DNA from: Antedon mediterranea | Taxonomy: Eukaryota; Animalia; Echinodermata | Length of the DNA stretch: 64,000 nt | Reading direction: 5' to 3' | Assembly: GCF_964355755.1 (NCBI RefSeq) | Contig: NC_092673.1 | Coordinates: 18,597,648-18,661,647, forward strand | Part shown: positions 52,461 through 64,000 of the stretch, in pieces | How positions within the stretch are numbered: the first letter of the stretch is position 1 | Layout of the letters: each line of letters begins with the position of its first letter | Notes under the pieces: model-generated | What the model saw: only the letters and a program-made list of their open reading frames with translations | Told to the model about the DNA's origin: nothing | The model's database searches: none | Program-made: the position numbers and the translations under genes

Positions 52461-52607
52461 CGCCAGGTTTATTAGTACGTACATAGACAACAATAAATAA
52501 AAATCGTTCGTAATATACCTAGCTTACTAAAACAGGAATAGTGTATCATTATTAAATATTACACCAACTATTATTATATCAAAATTGATTAAATTATTTT
52601 CTACATA

Positions 52608-55600
52608 TAGTCCGGTGGCAGGAGGGGGGATATCACCACCCGAAAGGGGACAAATTGCCATCCAACTTTTCTAGACCAGAATTTTCCGTAGATTACGAAT
52701 ATGGAAGGTAATCGATCAGGATAGGAACCGTTTTCGAGATATAAGGGGTCAAAGTTCAAAATTGACAAATATAAAAACATGCTATATCTCTGGAAATTCT
52801 GGACGTAGTGAGATAATTTTAGTGTCAAATTGTTCACAATGTATATGTTTATATTAGCTCTAACAGAACTTTCTTTGAAAAATTGACCAGAAACCCCATT
52901 GTTAGCAATTTTGACCTTTGACCTCTTTTTGCTATATCTAAGTAACGGCAGGTCGGAGAGAATTAAAAATAGGAGCAAATTGTTCCCAAGATATACATTT
53001 ATATTCAGTATAACAGATGATATTGCTTGAAAATGACCGGAAGTGTGGTTATTAACCTTTGACATAATTGAATAAGGTTATAAAAACATTAATAAATATT
53101 TGTCGTAAGGAGCCAATTTTGGTGTCAAATTGTTCACAATATATATGTTTATACTTTACATAATGCAACATTTTTTTCAAAAAGTGACTTAAACACCTAT
53201 TTTTCTGTAATTTTAACCTTTGACCTGTTTTTCTCATCTAAATAACGACATGGCATAGAGATTTCTAACTGGCAAATTGTTTATAATAGATATTTTTATT
53301 CAATCTAATAGATTATACTGTTTGAAAAATACAAGTGTGATTATTGCCTTGAAAGCCTATCAGGGCAGATTTAATTCAAAGAGGTGTGGAAGGGGAATAA
53401 TACTATTACTATACAGTACAATGTCTTTCTTTTGAGCCATGTATCTCCAATAAACGGAATGTACGGCTCATAGAGAATTCAGAAGTTACCCTTGGTTCAT
53501 TTTGGCAAATCCATATGGGTTCCTTTTAAAAGGATTGAGGGTGCACAGACAGGCTTTTCCCATGGCTTAATATTGGAACCTACAGTTTTAATTACCCGAT
53601 ATATTTCTAACACAGTAACTTATGTAGCCAAATGCATTGATCCTATACAGGAGCCAAATGTAGAACTGACCATACAGTAGAGAACCACAGAAGGGTCTAA
53701 ATAGATGACCTGCTGTAATTGTTTCATTTTAGGCAAAATCCAAATCGGTTCTTTAAGGATCGAGAGTGCACAGGCAGCTTTATTCCATGTGCCTGTCTAT
53801 ATTAACCAACATTGTCACCCCTTATATTTCCATTATGAGGCTTAATGTCCATGGATGACCGGCCCTTGGGTTAATTTGGGCAAATCCATAAGTGTTCCTT
53901 AAGGATGGAGAGTGCAAGGCAGCTTTATTCCATGGGCCCGCCTGTCTATTATGAACCCACAGTGTCACCCCTTATACTGTATGTCCATTATGGGGCTTAA
54001 TGTCCATCCATGGAGGACCGGCCTTTGGGGGTTAATTTGGGCAAATCCATAAATTTGTCTTAAGGATCGAGAGTGCACAGGCAGCTTAATTCATGGGCCG
54101 CGCCTGTCTATATGAACTCACAGTGTCACCCCTTATATTTCCATTATGGAGCTTAATGTCCATCCATGGAGAACGACCGGCCCTTGGGTTAATTTGGGCA
54201 AATCCATAAAATGTTCCTTATGGATGATCGAGGGCACACAGGGATATTTATTATATCTCTATGAACCCACATTTTCACCCCACATACATTATTTCCAATA
54301 TAGGGTCTCTTGTAGCCCCACATAGAGAACCCCGAAAGGTCCATGAAGGATCAGCCCTTGGGTTCATTTGAGCAAATCCATAAATGTTATTTAAAGATTG
54401 AGGGTGCACATTTAGTTTTATTCCATAGTTCATCTATGAACTATTATTTTACTAATTTCTAATACAGGGCCTTATGTAGAAGCACACCACATAGAGATCC
54501 CAAAAGGGTCCTCAGAGGGTTCATTCGGGCAAATCCATATGGGTTATTTTAGAATCCTTTGTATACAGGAAACTCTTTCCTGTATGGGCCAAACTATATA
54601 AAAATTGTGGTCTGTCTGTGTAGTGAGTTGTGGATTGAGTTTGGCCACCTGGATCTGCCTATGCCCTATCCTGTACGAATTGGTATTCTCTGGTTCTGAT
54701 GAATAGTAGTTTATTTTCCAAAAACGAATATTGTTGCCCTAATAAATGCAACTGTATAGTGGCAAATCATTGAAGGTCAGCGCAACATAACATTTTAATC
54801 GTCATAATATTAATTATATTATTTACTTTACAGTATTATATTAATACATTTAAAATAATGCGCACTAGAAAAAATATAAAAATACCATAACTTCACTGAT
54901 CAAATAATGTGATTCCATTTATGAACATCGATCTCATAGTTTGAATAACTTTGCATTATTTAGTGGATCATTTGTTCAAATGTTGACCTTTGACCCATGT
55001 CGACTTGTGTAATGATAAATGTGCTCTTTTGATTGTGTATGATTGATAGATGTCTTAACAGAATGATAAAACATAACATTTTGTCTTAAATGTTAGTTTT
55101 TATTTGGTTTTAAATGCAAATTGTGTGATTGGTCAATATTGACATTTGACCTTTAATTGCAAAGTATTTGTTTTATAAGGCGACTGAATAACACCATACA
55201 ATACCTATAACCATACACATGTATTAAAATTGAAATTTAATAAATTGGTTATAATACATATGTATATAATACATTGTTATAATTGGTCAATTTTGAACTT
55301 TGACCCCTTATCTCTTCCAATTCGCTTCCTATCTTGATTGAAGTCTGATTTGATTAAATACAGTATTATAATAAAATAACATAACTTTACTAATCAAATA
55401 ATTTGATTACTTGTAAAACCATCAATATCATAGTTTCGACAAATTTGCATTTATTTGTTAATACGCGTATTAAAATGTTGACCTTTGACCTTATGTCAAC
55501 TGATGAAATTGACCTTATGTCAACTGATGAAATGATGTATTCGCTCTTTTACATTGCGTATGATTGATTAACAGGATGAGAAAACATCCAATTTTTATTA

Positions 55601-55953
55601 AATAGTAGTTTTTATTTGGTTTTATAGGTACGTTTTATGATTGGTCAATATTGACATTTGACCCTTAATCACAAAGGATTTTTTTTTCATAATGTGATTG
55701 AATAGACACTTATAATCATAAAAATGTAATAACAGACCAAATTGTGCTTCAATAAATTTGTTATAATACATATACATAATACATTGTTGTAATTGGTCAA
55801 TTTTGAACTTTGACCCCTTATATCTCGAAAACGCTTCCTATCCTGATCGATTACCTTCCATATTCGTAATCTACGGAAAATTCTAGTCTAGAAAAGTTGG
55901 ATGGCAATTTGTCCCCTTTCGGGTGGTGATTCCCCCCTCCTGCCACCAGACTA
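52608..55953. mobile_element. Long-TIR non-autonomous DNA element with TAG...CTA termini (Academ-like or unclassified)
   Basis: About 165 bp of near-perfect TIR (52608-52770 vs 55790-55953). Internal ~115-bp tandem units (53490-54540) and a ~490-bp duplication (~54870-55830). No convincing TSD. Confidence 0.75.
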
Positions 55954-56884
55954 ATTGGCCTCTTATCTAGGTTAGGGCTAAGCATATTAGCTAAAGTTTA
56001 ATTTTAGGCCTAGGCCTAGTATTACAATTGTCGGACGTAAGTCTTTTTTCACACGCGCTCCAGAATTCTGTCGCAATTTTTTTCTTTGCGGCATGTTATT
56101 GGATCGCCATATCAGTTACCTTTTATTCACCGCCAGTTATTGAACTTGTCCTGGCAATCGCTGTTCACCTTATTTGCGAGAGAGGTACACGTGTTGTTCC
56201 TAGAGAATGGAATGTCAAAAATGTCTTTGGCACGCCGCTCAGAGAGAAGTCTGTGCGTTGCTGCTGCTGAAACCACGTGCTATAGGAGGGGAATGCACCA
56301 CAATCCTCTGAGCTGAGGGCTGAATCATTCTGCTACCTGCTAAATAGTAAAGAGGGATTTTCCATCTCTCGGGTCTACCGGATCTAGGCGCAGGGGTGTG
56401 ACAAAATATTATTTTCACTCTGCTATGTTCGAGAGACATGTGAGTGAACACGCTCGAAATGCCAACAAACATTGCAGTCATTTGATGAGTGTGTCGCTAT
56501 AACAATTATTGTTTATCGAAAGTTGAAGACGGTCATTCAGATTTTTGAACCGTAGTTTGGGCACTTTTGTAAAAGTAAAATTTGACAAGATATGACTTGA
56601 ATGAAAAAACAATCGTTACATAAAAATAAACAACATGATGAGTGTATACGAATCTATTTAGATACGCTTGTATCGATTGATTATTAGGCCTATAATATAG
56701 CATAATAGCACGTTAAGATATGCCTCGCACCTTTTTGAAATTGTAAACTATATGCCTCGCATGCCTCGCACTTTTGGAAATGATAAAATGATGCCTCGCA
56801 CAAATATTTGGCATGCCTCGCTTGCCTCGCGTGCCTCGCACTTTGTCAACACTCGATACGAAGCAGTAATTTCTTTCTGTACTG

Positions 56885-59349
56885 TATATAACCTGCATGT
56901 ACTGATTAACCACATTAGGCTATAAATAATAATATAAATACACACTGATGGTATAACCTACATGTACTGATTAATCACATTAGGCTAAAAATAATAATAT
57001 AAATACACACTGATGATGGAGGGGTGTCACGAAACCTAAGACCACGAAAGCTAAGACCCCCTAAGACCTAAGATCACGAAAGCTAAGACCCAAGACCTAA
57101 GATTACAAATTCTAAGATATACTACAGCTTAAAAACAATACTTGTTTATCCATACATAATTTTAAAGACATATAGGTTTCATTTATTACCATAAATATAA
57201 TTTAATACTACCGCAAAACATAGATAAACTCACATTATTTTCGCCCGTTGAGTAAATGTATATTTTTTCTTTACAACAAACAAACTTGACGGGTTGTTTG
57301 TTGGTATATATTTACTCCAATGTGTTGGTTCAGAGGATGTTTTTCTTACGCACCTGCTTTTCTTGTATTTTGACTCCAAATTTGTTGACTAACTTTATCC
57401 TGAATACCACACTTTAAAATTAGGACTTATAAGTACTTTCAGAAGGAGAAACACATAATAACAAATAAATAAATCCTTTAAATTGATGATTTTACAGATG
57501 TGTTTCTTTGTATACTGTAATGTAACTCCTCGAGCTCCACATGCTCAATGTTTTTGTTTCTATGGAGCGCCAAAAGAGCAACAATAATAGTACAAGTATA
57601 AAAACAGAAAGAAAACGAAACAAAAAAACTTATCATGATTTTTAAGTTAAAATTTATTTGCCAGTATTTATTTCTTTGTACTTGCATGATTATACTATTA
57701 TCATTACAATTTTAATTTTACATTGTTCCATCCACACTGTAGATGGACTCCACAGAGTTTTTAGCCCTCCATATAATTTTTGCTCTTTTGACATTCCATA
57801 GAAACAAAAACATTGAACATGGGGTAGGCCTACTAGTGTACTGTCTGTAGGCTAGTCATTTTGTGTGCGAGAAAAACGTCTGTAAAATCATCAATTTAAA
57901 AATGTATTTGTTACTTTTTATGTGATTCTTTTTCATGAAAGTGCCAATTCTAAGGTGTGGTATTCAGAATAAATGTTGGGAGTTAAAATACAAGGCAGGT
58001 GCGAAAGATAAATATTTGTAATCTTAGGTTGGGGGTCTTAGCTTTCGTGGTCTTAGGTTTCGTGACACCCGATGATGGAGGTATAACCTGCATGTACTGA
58101 TTAATCACATTAGGCTAAAAATAATAATATAAATACACACTGATGATGGAGGTATAACCTGCATGTACTGATTAATCACATTAGGCTAAAAATAATACAA
58201 ATACACACTAATGATGGAGGTATAACCTGCATGCACTGATTAACCACATTAGGCTAAAAATAATAATATAAATACACACTGATGATGGAGGTATAACCTG
58301 CATGTACTGATTAACAACATTAGGCTAAAAATAATAATATAAATACACACTGATGATGGAGGTATAACCTGCATGCACTGATTAACCACATTAGGCTATA
58401 AATGATAATATAAATACACACTGATGATGGGGGTATAACCTGCATGCACTGATTAACAACATTAGGCTAAAAATAATAATATAAATACACACTGATGATA
58501 GGGGTATAACCTGCATGTACTGATTAACCACATTAGGCTAAAAATAATAATATAAATACACACTGATGATGGAGGTATAACCTGCATGCACTGATTAACC
58601 ACATTAGGCTAAAAATAATAATATAAATACACACTGATGATGGAGGTATAACCTGCATGCACTGATTAACCACATTAGGCTAAAAATAATAATATAAATA
58701 CACACTGATGATGGGGGTATAACCTGCATGCACTGATTAACGACATTAGGCTAAAAATAATAATATAAATACACACGGATGATGGAGGTATAACCTGCAT
58801 GCACTGATTAACCACATTAGGCTAAAAATAATATAAATACACACTGATGATGGAGGTATAACCTGCATGCACTGATTAACAACATTAGGCAAAAAATAAT
58901 AATATAAATACACACTGATGATGGAGGTATAACCTGCATGCACTGATTAACCACATTAGGCTAAAAATAATAATATAAATACACACTAATTATGGATGTA
59001 TAACCTGCATGCACTGATTAACCACATTAGGCTAAAAATAATAATATAAATACACACTGATGATGGAGGTATAACCTGCATGTACTGATTAACAACATTA
59101 GGCTAAAAATAATAATATAAATACACACTGATGATGGGGGTATAACTTGCATGTACTGATTAACCACATTAGGCTAAAAATAATAATATAAATACACACT
59201 GATGATGGAGGTATAACCTGCATGCACTGATTAACCACATTAGGCTAAAAATAATAATATAAATACACACTGATGGTGGAGGTATAACCTGCATGCACTG
59301 ATTAACAACATTAGGCTAAAAATAATAATATAAATACACACTGATGATT
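56885..59349 (+). repeat. 71-bp tandem array (~20 units) interrupted by a transposon
   Basis: Unit gatgatggaggtataacctgcatgcactgattaaccacattaggctaaaaataataatataaatacacact. Confidence 0.95.
57022..58070. mobile_element. MULE-like MITE inserted in the 71-bp array
   Basis: Perfect TIR GGGTGTCACGAAACCTAAGACCACGAAAGCTAAGACCCCC. Exact 10-bp TSD GATGATGGAG at 57012-57021 and 58071-58080. Confidence 0.9.
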
Positions 59350-59819
59350 ATGGCAAGCCTCAGCTGTCTGAAGTATTCAAAATATTATATTATTATATCA
59401 TTTTTTTATTATATTATATATTGTATTGTAATGAATTATACATTTTGCATTATATTACTTGGTTTTAGCATTATATTATATCTATTTCTAATATATTATG
59501 TGAAAAATGTAACAAATTATTGACTTTTTGTATTATATTATTTGGTTTTAGCATTATATTATGAACATTTAATATTATATTATTAATAAAATACATTATA
59601 TTATAATATAATTGTATTATATTAAACGCATTTACTTTACTTTATAACATACAACATTATTATATTATACGGATTCGTTAGTTATATTATTATGTTGTAC
59701 ATGTTTATTATACGTCACGGCTTATTTCAGTTCTTCTAACTCTTTCTCTCCCTCCCCCTGTTCACTAGCAATCAGCGGCCGGCAGAATCTGAATTGTGAC
59801 TGTTGAAGAATAACTACGT

Positions 59820-60130
59820 ACTAGGCCTAGCCTAGGCCTACTAGGGGATCTAGACAAGTGACCAAGGATCACCGGACAGCTACAACTAATACTACAATAC
59901 AATAATACTACTACAATAACTACTACTGCTACTACCTAGGCCTAGCTAGTGAGTAGTAGGTAGCTACTACTAGGCTCTAGGGCGTATGTATGATGTTAAC
60001 TACTAGGTAGGGCTAGGCCTAACTAGAGGCCTACTAGTACTAGGCTAGGCCTAGACTTAAGTTGTAGTAGGCTAGGGCCGGGCCTGCTGCCTTAGGCTAG
60101 GCTACTACTACTACTAATACTACTAGGCAG
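59820..60130. repeat. CTAGGC/CTA low-complexity tract
   Basis: Dense ctaggc, aggcct and (cta)n words, as at 31215-31420 and 35085-35420. Confidence 0.7.
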
Positions 60131-61889
60131 CCCATGATGGGTACGAGTAAGCCAAAATTTTGGATACTGTATATGTAAACCAAAATTTGGGTACGAGCGT
60201 GTTGGCATGGCATGCGTACGGGTTAACCTGTATCCTTCTAGCTAATCGTACTATGCCTAGGCCTCAAGTAAGTCTACGCTACCCAGTCCGGCTACAATAT
60301 GGTCTATTTTGTTTTATAGCTTTATTGATAGCTGGGTTCAAATCTGGGTTGGGACGGCTTTTTCTCATTCTAAAACAGATTTCCTTATAATAAAATAATA
60401 TATGAATTTATTTGTAATATTGTAATGTATACATAATATAAGTAATTGCCATTGCCTTTATTACTATTAATTATGTATTAATAATTATACGGTTACCCCT
60501 TAATTATACTATATTATAATTTCATTGTTATATTTTACAATATTTTCTTCCTAATTCTACAATTTTGTCTTTCACAGCACAAATTTATCATACTGAATCA
60601 TCACACACCAAGTCTCATAAATCTCTACTGTATTTGTCCAAGCTACTCCAGCTACATGGTATTGCCTTGAGGCTAAATTACACGGTATACTGGCACTACC
60701 ATCATTCCTGGCTCGTCAACCTGTACCACATAAGCACAGTTTCAGTTTCAGTTTATTTACCATTTCAATTTCTGAACATAAGAGATGAACAACTTATATG
60801 GATGGATAACCGTAAGAGCGAAGCTCGTTTACCGGTCACCCGTTAGTGCAGTGACATTACAGACAACATAAAGACAGGACAAAGGTGCAATACTTAACAA
60901 GACATGTGAACACTTGTGTTTGCAACCCCTTGGATAAAATAATATATTTATATAATGGAGAAAGTTAGATATTATAATATTTCTTTTTGATCATACAATG
61001 ATAATTTTTAAATTACTTCTTAAGAAGTCATACTACTGATTCAAAATAGTGACTTACACCCTGTGGTCAAGGCTTTCTTTGCTCTTATGCTTATTTCCTC
61101 CAACATACAGAGTACATAGGACTTTTTTTATTCATAACTGTTGAATTGTTTCCCAATACATAGTACCTATTGGTATTATATCTAAAAATACAAAGGCGGC
61201 TAACACAGATAGTTCCATATATACAGTACTCTTTTATAAATAAATGTATCTCTCCAAACTACTCCCAACTACCTAATCTAATAATAGTACTATTAGCATA
61301 CTACTATACACTTTGTAGACAAGAAATAAGTTGTATACACTAGAGGACTTATGGTAGTACAGTCGATCGCCCTCTAACTGGCCCGGTCAACATAATCTAT
61401 ACCTAGATTATTACAGTAATTAAAGTACATTATTACAGAGTTTTTTTTTTTTTGCAGAAATCAAAGTTATGTGTATAGAAAGCAGTACTCGTATTAAAAA
61501 CTAAGCAGGTTTTTGAACGCAAACTGGCAGGATATTTTGAATATTTTTTGTTGTTGAAACGATGGAATCCTAACTTCAATTTCCACGAACCCTTTTATTT
61601 AAATTTATTTGAATAGACCTCCATGTAAACTCATTAAAGGCTACATGATTGTTTTATATTTTAATATGTGATAGTAGAAAATCATTGTGTATAATGAGGA
61701 CTATGAATCTGATATTTACTTGCATTCTCATCTTTTTAAATTATTATTTATAATGCCGGTAATGAGTTTAAAATTTAATTATATTGACTATTTTTGATAA
61801 TCATCATGTCCTTATAAATTCATTTATATTTCTTTTGTGTAATATAGTTCATATATTATGTATTAAGTAAATTGGTAAGGCCCTATACT

Positions 61890-64000
61890 GTTACTATTTA
61901 AGGAAAGTTTATATACACTATTATTTTATGCCTACCAATATTAGTATTAATTGTTTATGTAAATATTTTGTCTAATTGCCTTGATTTTTTGTATAGGCCA
62001 ATGGCATCAATGTTTTTCTCAAAGCAAATTAGCCTAATAATGCCACATTTAGACACATGATTCATTGATTTCTGATATTCTGTACTTGTGTATGCATTAC
62101 TAAAATAGTAGTTAATATATTTCATTTATAATGTATGTATAAACATATATTCATATTTTTTTAAACATTTTTAAATTTAAAAATTTTTACAATACCTATC
62201 TACCTTTCTGATATTGTTACTATTATATATTATTTTTTGAGGCAGCAATAAAAAAAAAATTAGAACAATTAATTTGAGTTATACTGTACTATGTTAGTTC
62301 AGGAGATGAAGTGTGTGTGGGCAGAAACTAGTGTGTTGGAGGTTGGTGGTGTGAGGTGTATAGTTGTCACTTTAAGATCTAAATTAGATGTTTTCTGAAG
62401 AAAAGAAGTAAGCGCATACGCTTTCAAACAACTCCAAGAAGATTCACACAAAAATAATTACTTTCCAATAAAGTAGTATAACAGTGTATATTACAGTACA
62501 TTGAATAAACTCGAGCGGAATAATAACGCACATAAAAAAACATTCATTTTCTTTTCGAAAAGTGCCCTCTCTAGTTTTCTATTAATTTATTAATAATTAT
62601 TATTAATTAATGAGTAATATGAACATATTTTTAACATTCAATGCTGGAAGCTGGTTCTACTCCTAACAAAGTTTCATATCTCCAAATTTCATCAACGTAT
62701 TCAAAGCACTTCAATATTAAATATCACATTTAACATAAAAATTCGGGTTTTGGATAGAATTTTGCTTAAAAACATATACAAAAAACATCGATAAAAAATA
62801 CTTTTCGTATTCAAAAACATTTGATACTTGGTATAAATGTTCACTATAGGTTGCTCTATTCACAGAAAAAAAATTGCATTCATGAACGTTTTTTGTTGGT
62901 TGTTTTTTCAAAATAGTTATTAGCTTGAAAAAAACGAGTTGGAATTGTATGGTCTTTCATAAGTGTACATTTTGTAAAAACGTAAATTTAAAAAATCAGT
63001 GATATGGCTTGATAGTTATTTTTGGTTTGCAATATGGATGGAGCAACCTATATTGAACATTTATACCAAGTATAAAATGTTTTTGAATACGAAAAGTATT
63101 TTTTATCGATGTTTTTTGTATATGTTTTTAAGCAAAATTATATCCAAAACCTGAATTTGTAATGTTAAATGTAATTTATTTAAGTGCTTTGAATACGTTG
63201 ATGAAATTTGGAGATATGAAACTTTGTTAGGAGTAGATACAGTTTCCAGCATTAAATTTTAAAAATATGTTCATATTACTCATTAATTGATAATAATTAT
63301 TAATAAATTAATAGAAAACTAGAGAGGGCACTTTTCGACAAGAAAATGAATGTTTTTTTATGTGTGTTATTATTCCGCTCGAGTTTATTCAATGTACTGT
63401 AATATACACTGTTATACTATTTTATTGGAAAGTAATTATTTTTGTGTGAATCTTCTTGGAGTTGTTTGAAAGCGTATCCGCTTACTTCTTTTCTTCAGAA
63501 AACATCTAATTTAGGTCTTAAAGTGACAACTATACACCTCACACCATCAACCTCCAACACACTAGTTTCTGCTCACACACACTTCATCTCCTGAACTAAC
63601 ATAGTACAGTATAAGTCAAATAAATTTTTTAATTTTTTTTTATTGCTGCCTCCAAAAATATTATATAATAGTAACAATATCAGAAAGGTAGATAGGTATT
63701 GTAATAATTTTTAAATTTAAAAATGTTAAAAAAAATATGAATATATGTTTATACATACATTATAAATGAAATATATTAACTACTATTTTAGTAATGCATA
63801 CACAAGTACAGAATATCAGAAATCAATGAATCATGTGTCTAAATGTGGCATTATTAGGCTAATTTGCTTTGAGAAAAACATTGATGCCATTGGCCTATAC
63901 AAAAATCAAGGCAATTAGACAAAATATTTACATAAACAATTAATACTAATATTGGTAGGCATAAAATAATAGTGTATATAAACTTTCCTTAAATAATAAC
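61890..64000. repeat. Long inverted repeat (arms at least ~960 bp, spacer ~170 bp), continuing past the window end
   Basis: 63037-64000 is the near-exact reverse complement of 61890-62868, with scattered substitutions. Confidence 0.95.

Larger units (their letters stand above)
51450..56854. mobile_element. MULE-like non-autonomous element with nested insertions
   Basis: Imperfect TIRs (acaaagtgcgaggcacgcgaggca / tgcctcgcgtgcctcgcactttgt) with repeated gcgaggca motifs. Exact 9-bp TSD GATACGAAG at 51441-51449 and 56855-56863. Confidence 0.82.

Noticed and set aside
58071-59349. CTGATGA followed by a small hairpin (aggt-ata-acct) in each 71-bp unit, suggesting tandem hammerheads
   Set aside because: The required GAAA after stem II and a stem III/NUH site are absent.
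60565-60846. 93-aa ORF behind a good acceptor (ttcacag at ~60577) as the next exon of the 47661 gene
   Set aside because: The phase-0 translation shows no ankyrin or other recognisable pattern and has no convincing donor. It may be a UTR exon.

Overview
AT-rich eukaryotic (animal) genomic DNA, dominated by repeats and probably from a marine invertebrate deuterostome such as an echinoderm (taxon inferred only). There are no prokaryotic features. One spliced host gene can be rebuilt by hand on the + strand (at least 10 coding exons, 14190-22168, 5' end not found). It encodes a ZU5/UPA-like core flanked on both sides by a duplicated two-helix membrane hairpin, with no death domain. Its stop codon is the seed of a 5.9-kb array of 74-bp repeats. 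A second gene, possibly ankyrin-like, starts at about 47661. The rest is mobile DNA: (1) a three-level nest of a hAT MITE inside a LINE inside a Helitron (7439-13533); (2) a decayed DIRS retrotransposon in a host intron; (3) a PIF/Harbinger transposon (34531-39951) whose transposase and MADF/BESS-like genes lie antisense, each with exons inside an intron of the other; (4) Harbinger, hAT, MULE-like and foldback non-autonomous elements; (5) a Penelope-type minimal hammerhead motif; (6) two more satellites (46 and 71 bp); (7) an inverted repeat spanning more than 2 kb that runs off the window end. All gene models come from manual reading of splice sites and phases and need RNA evidence.
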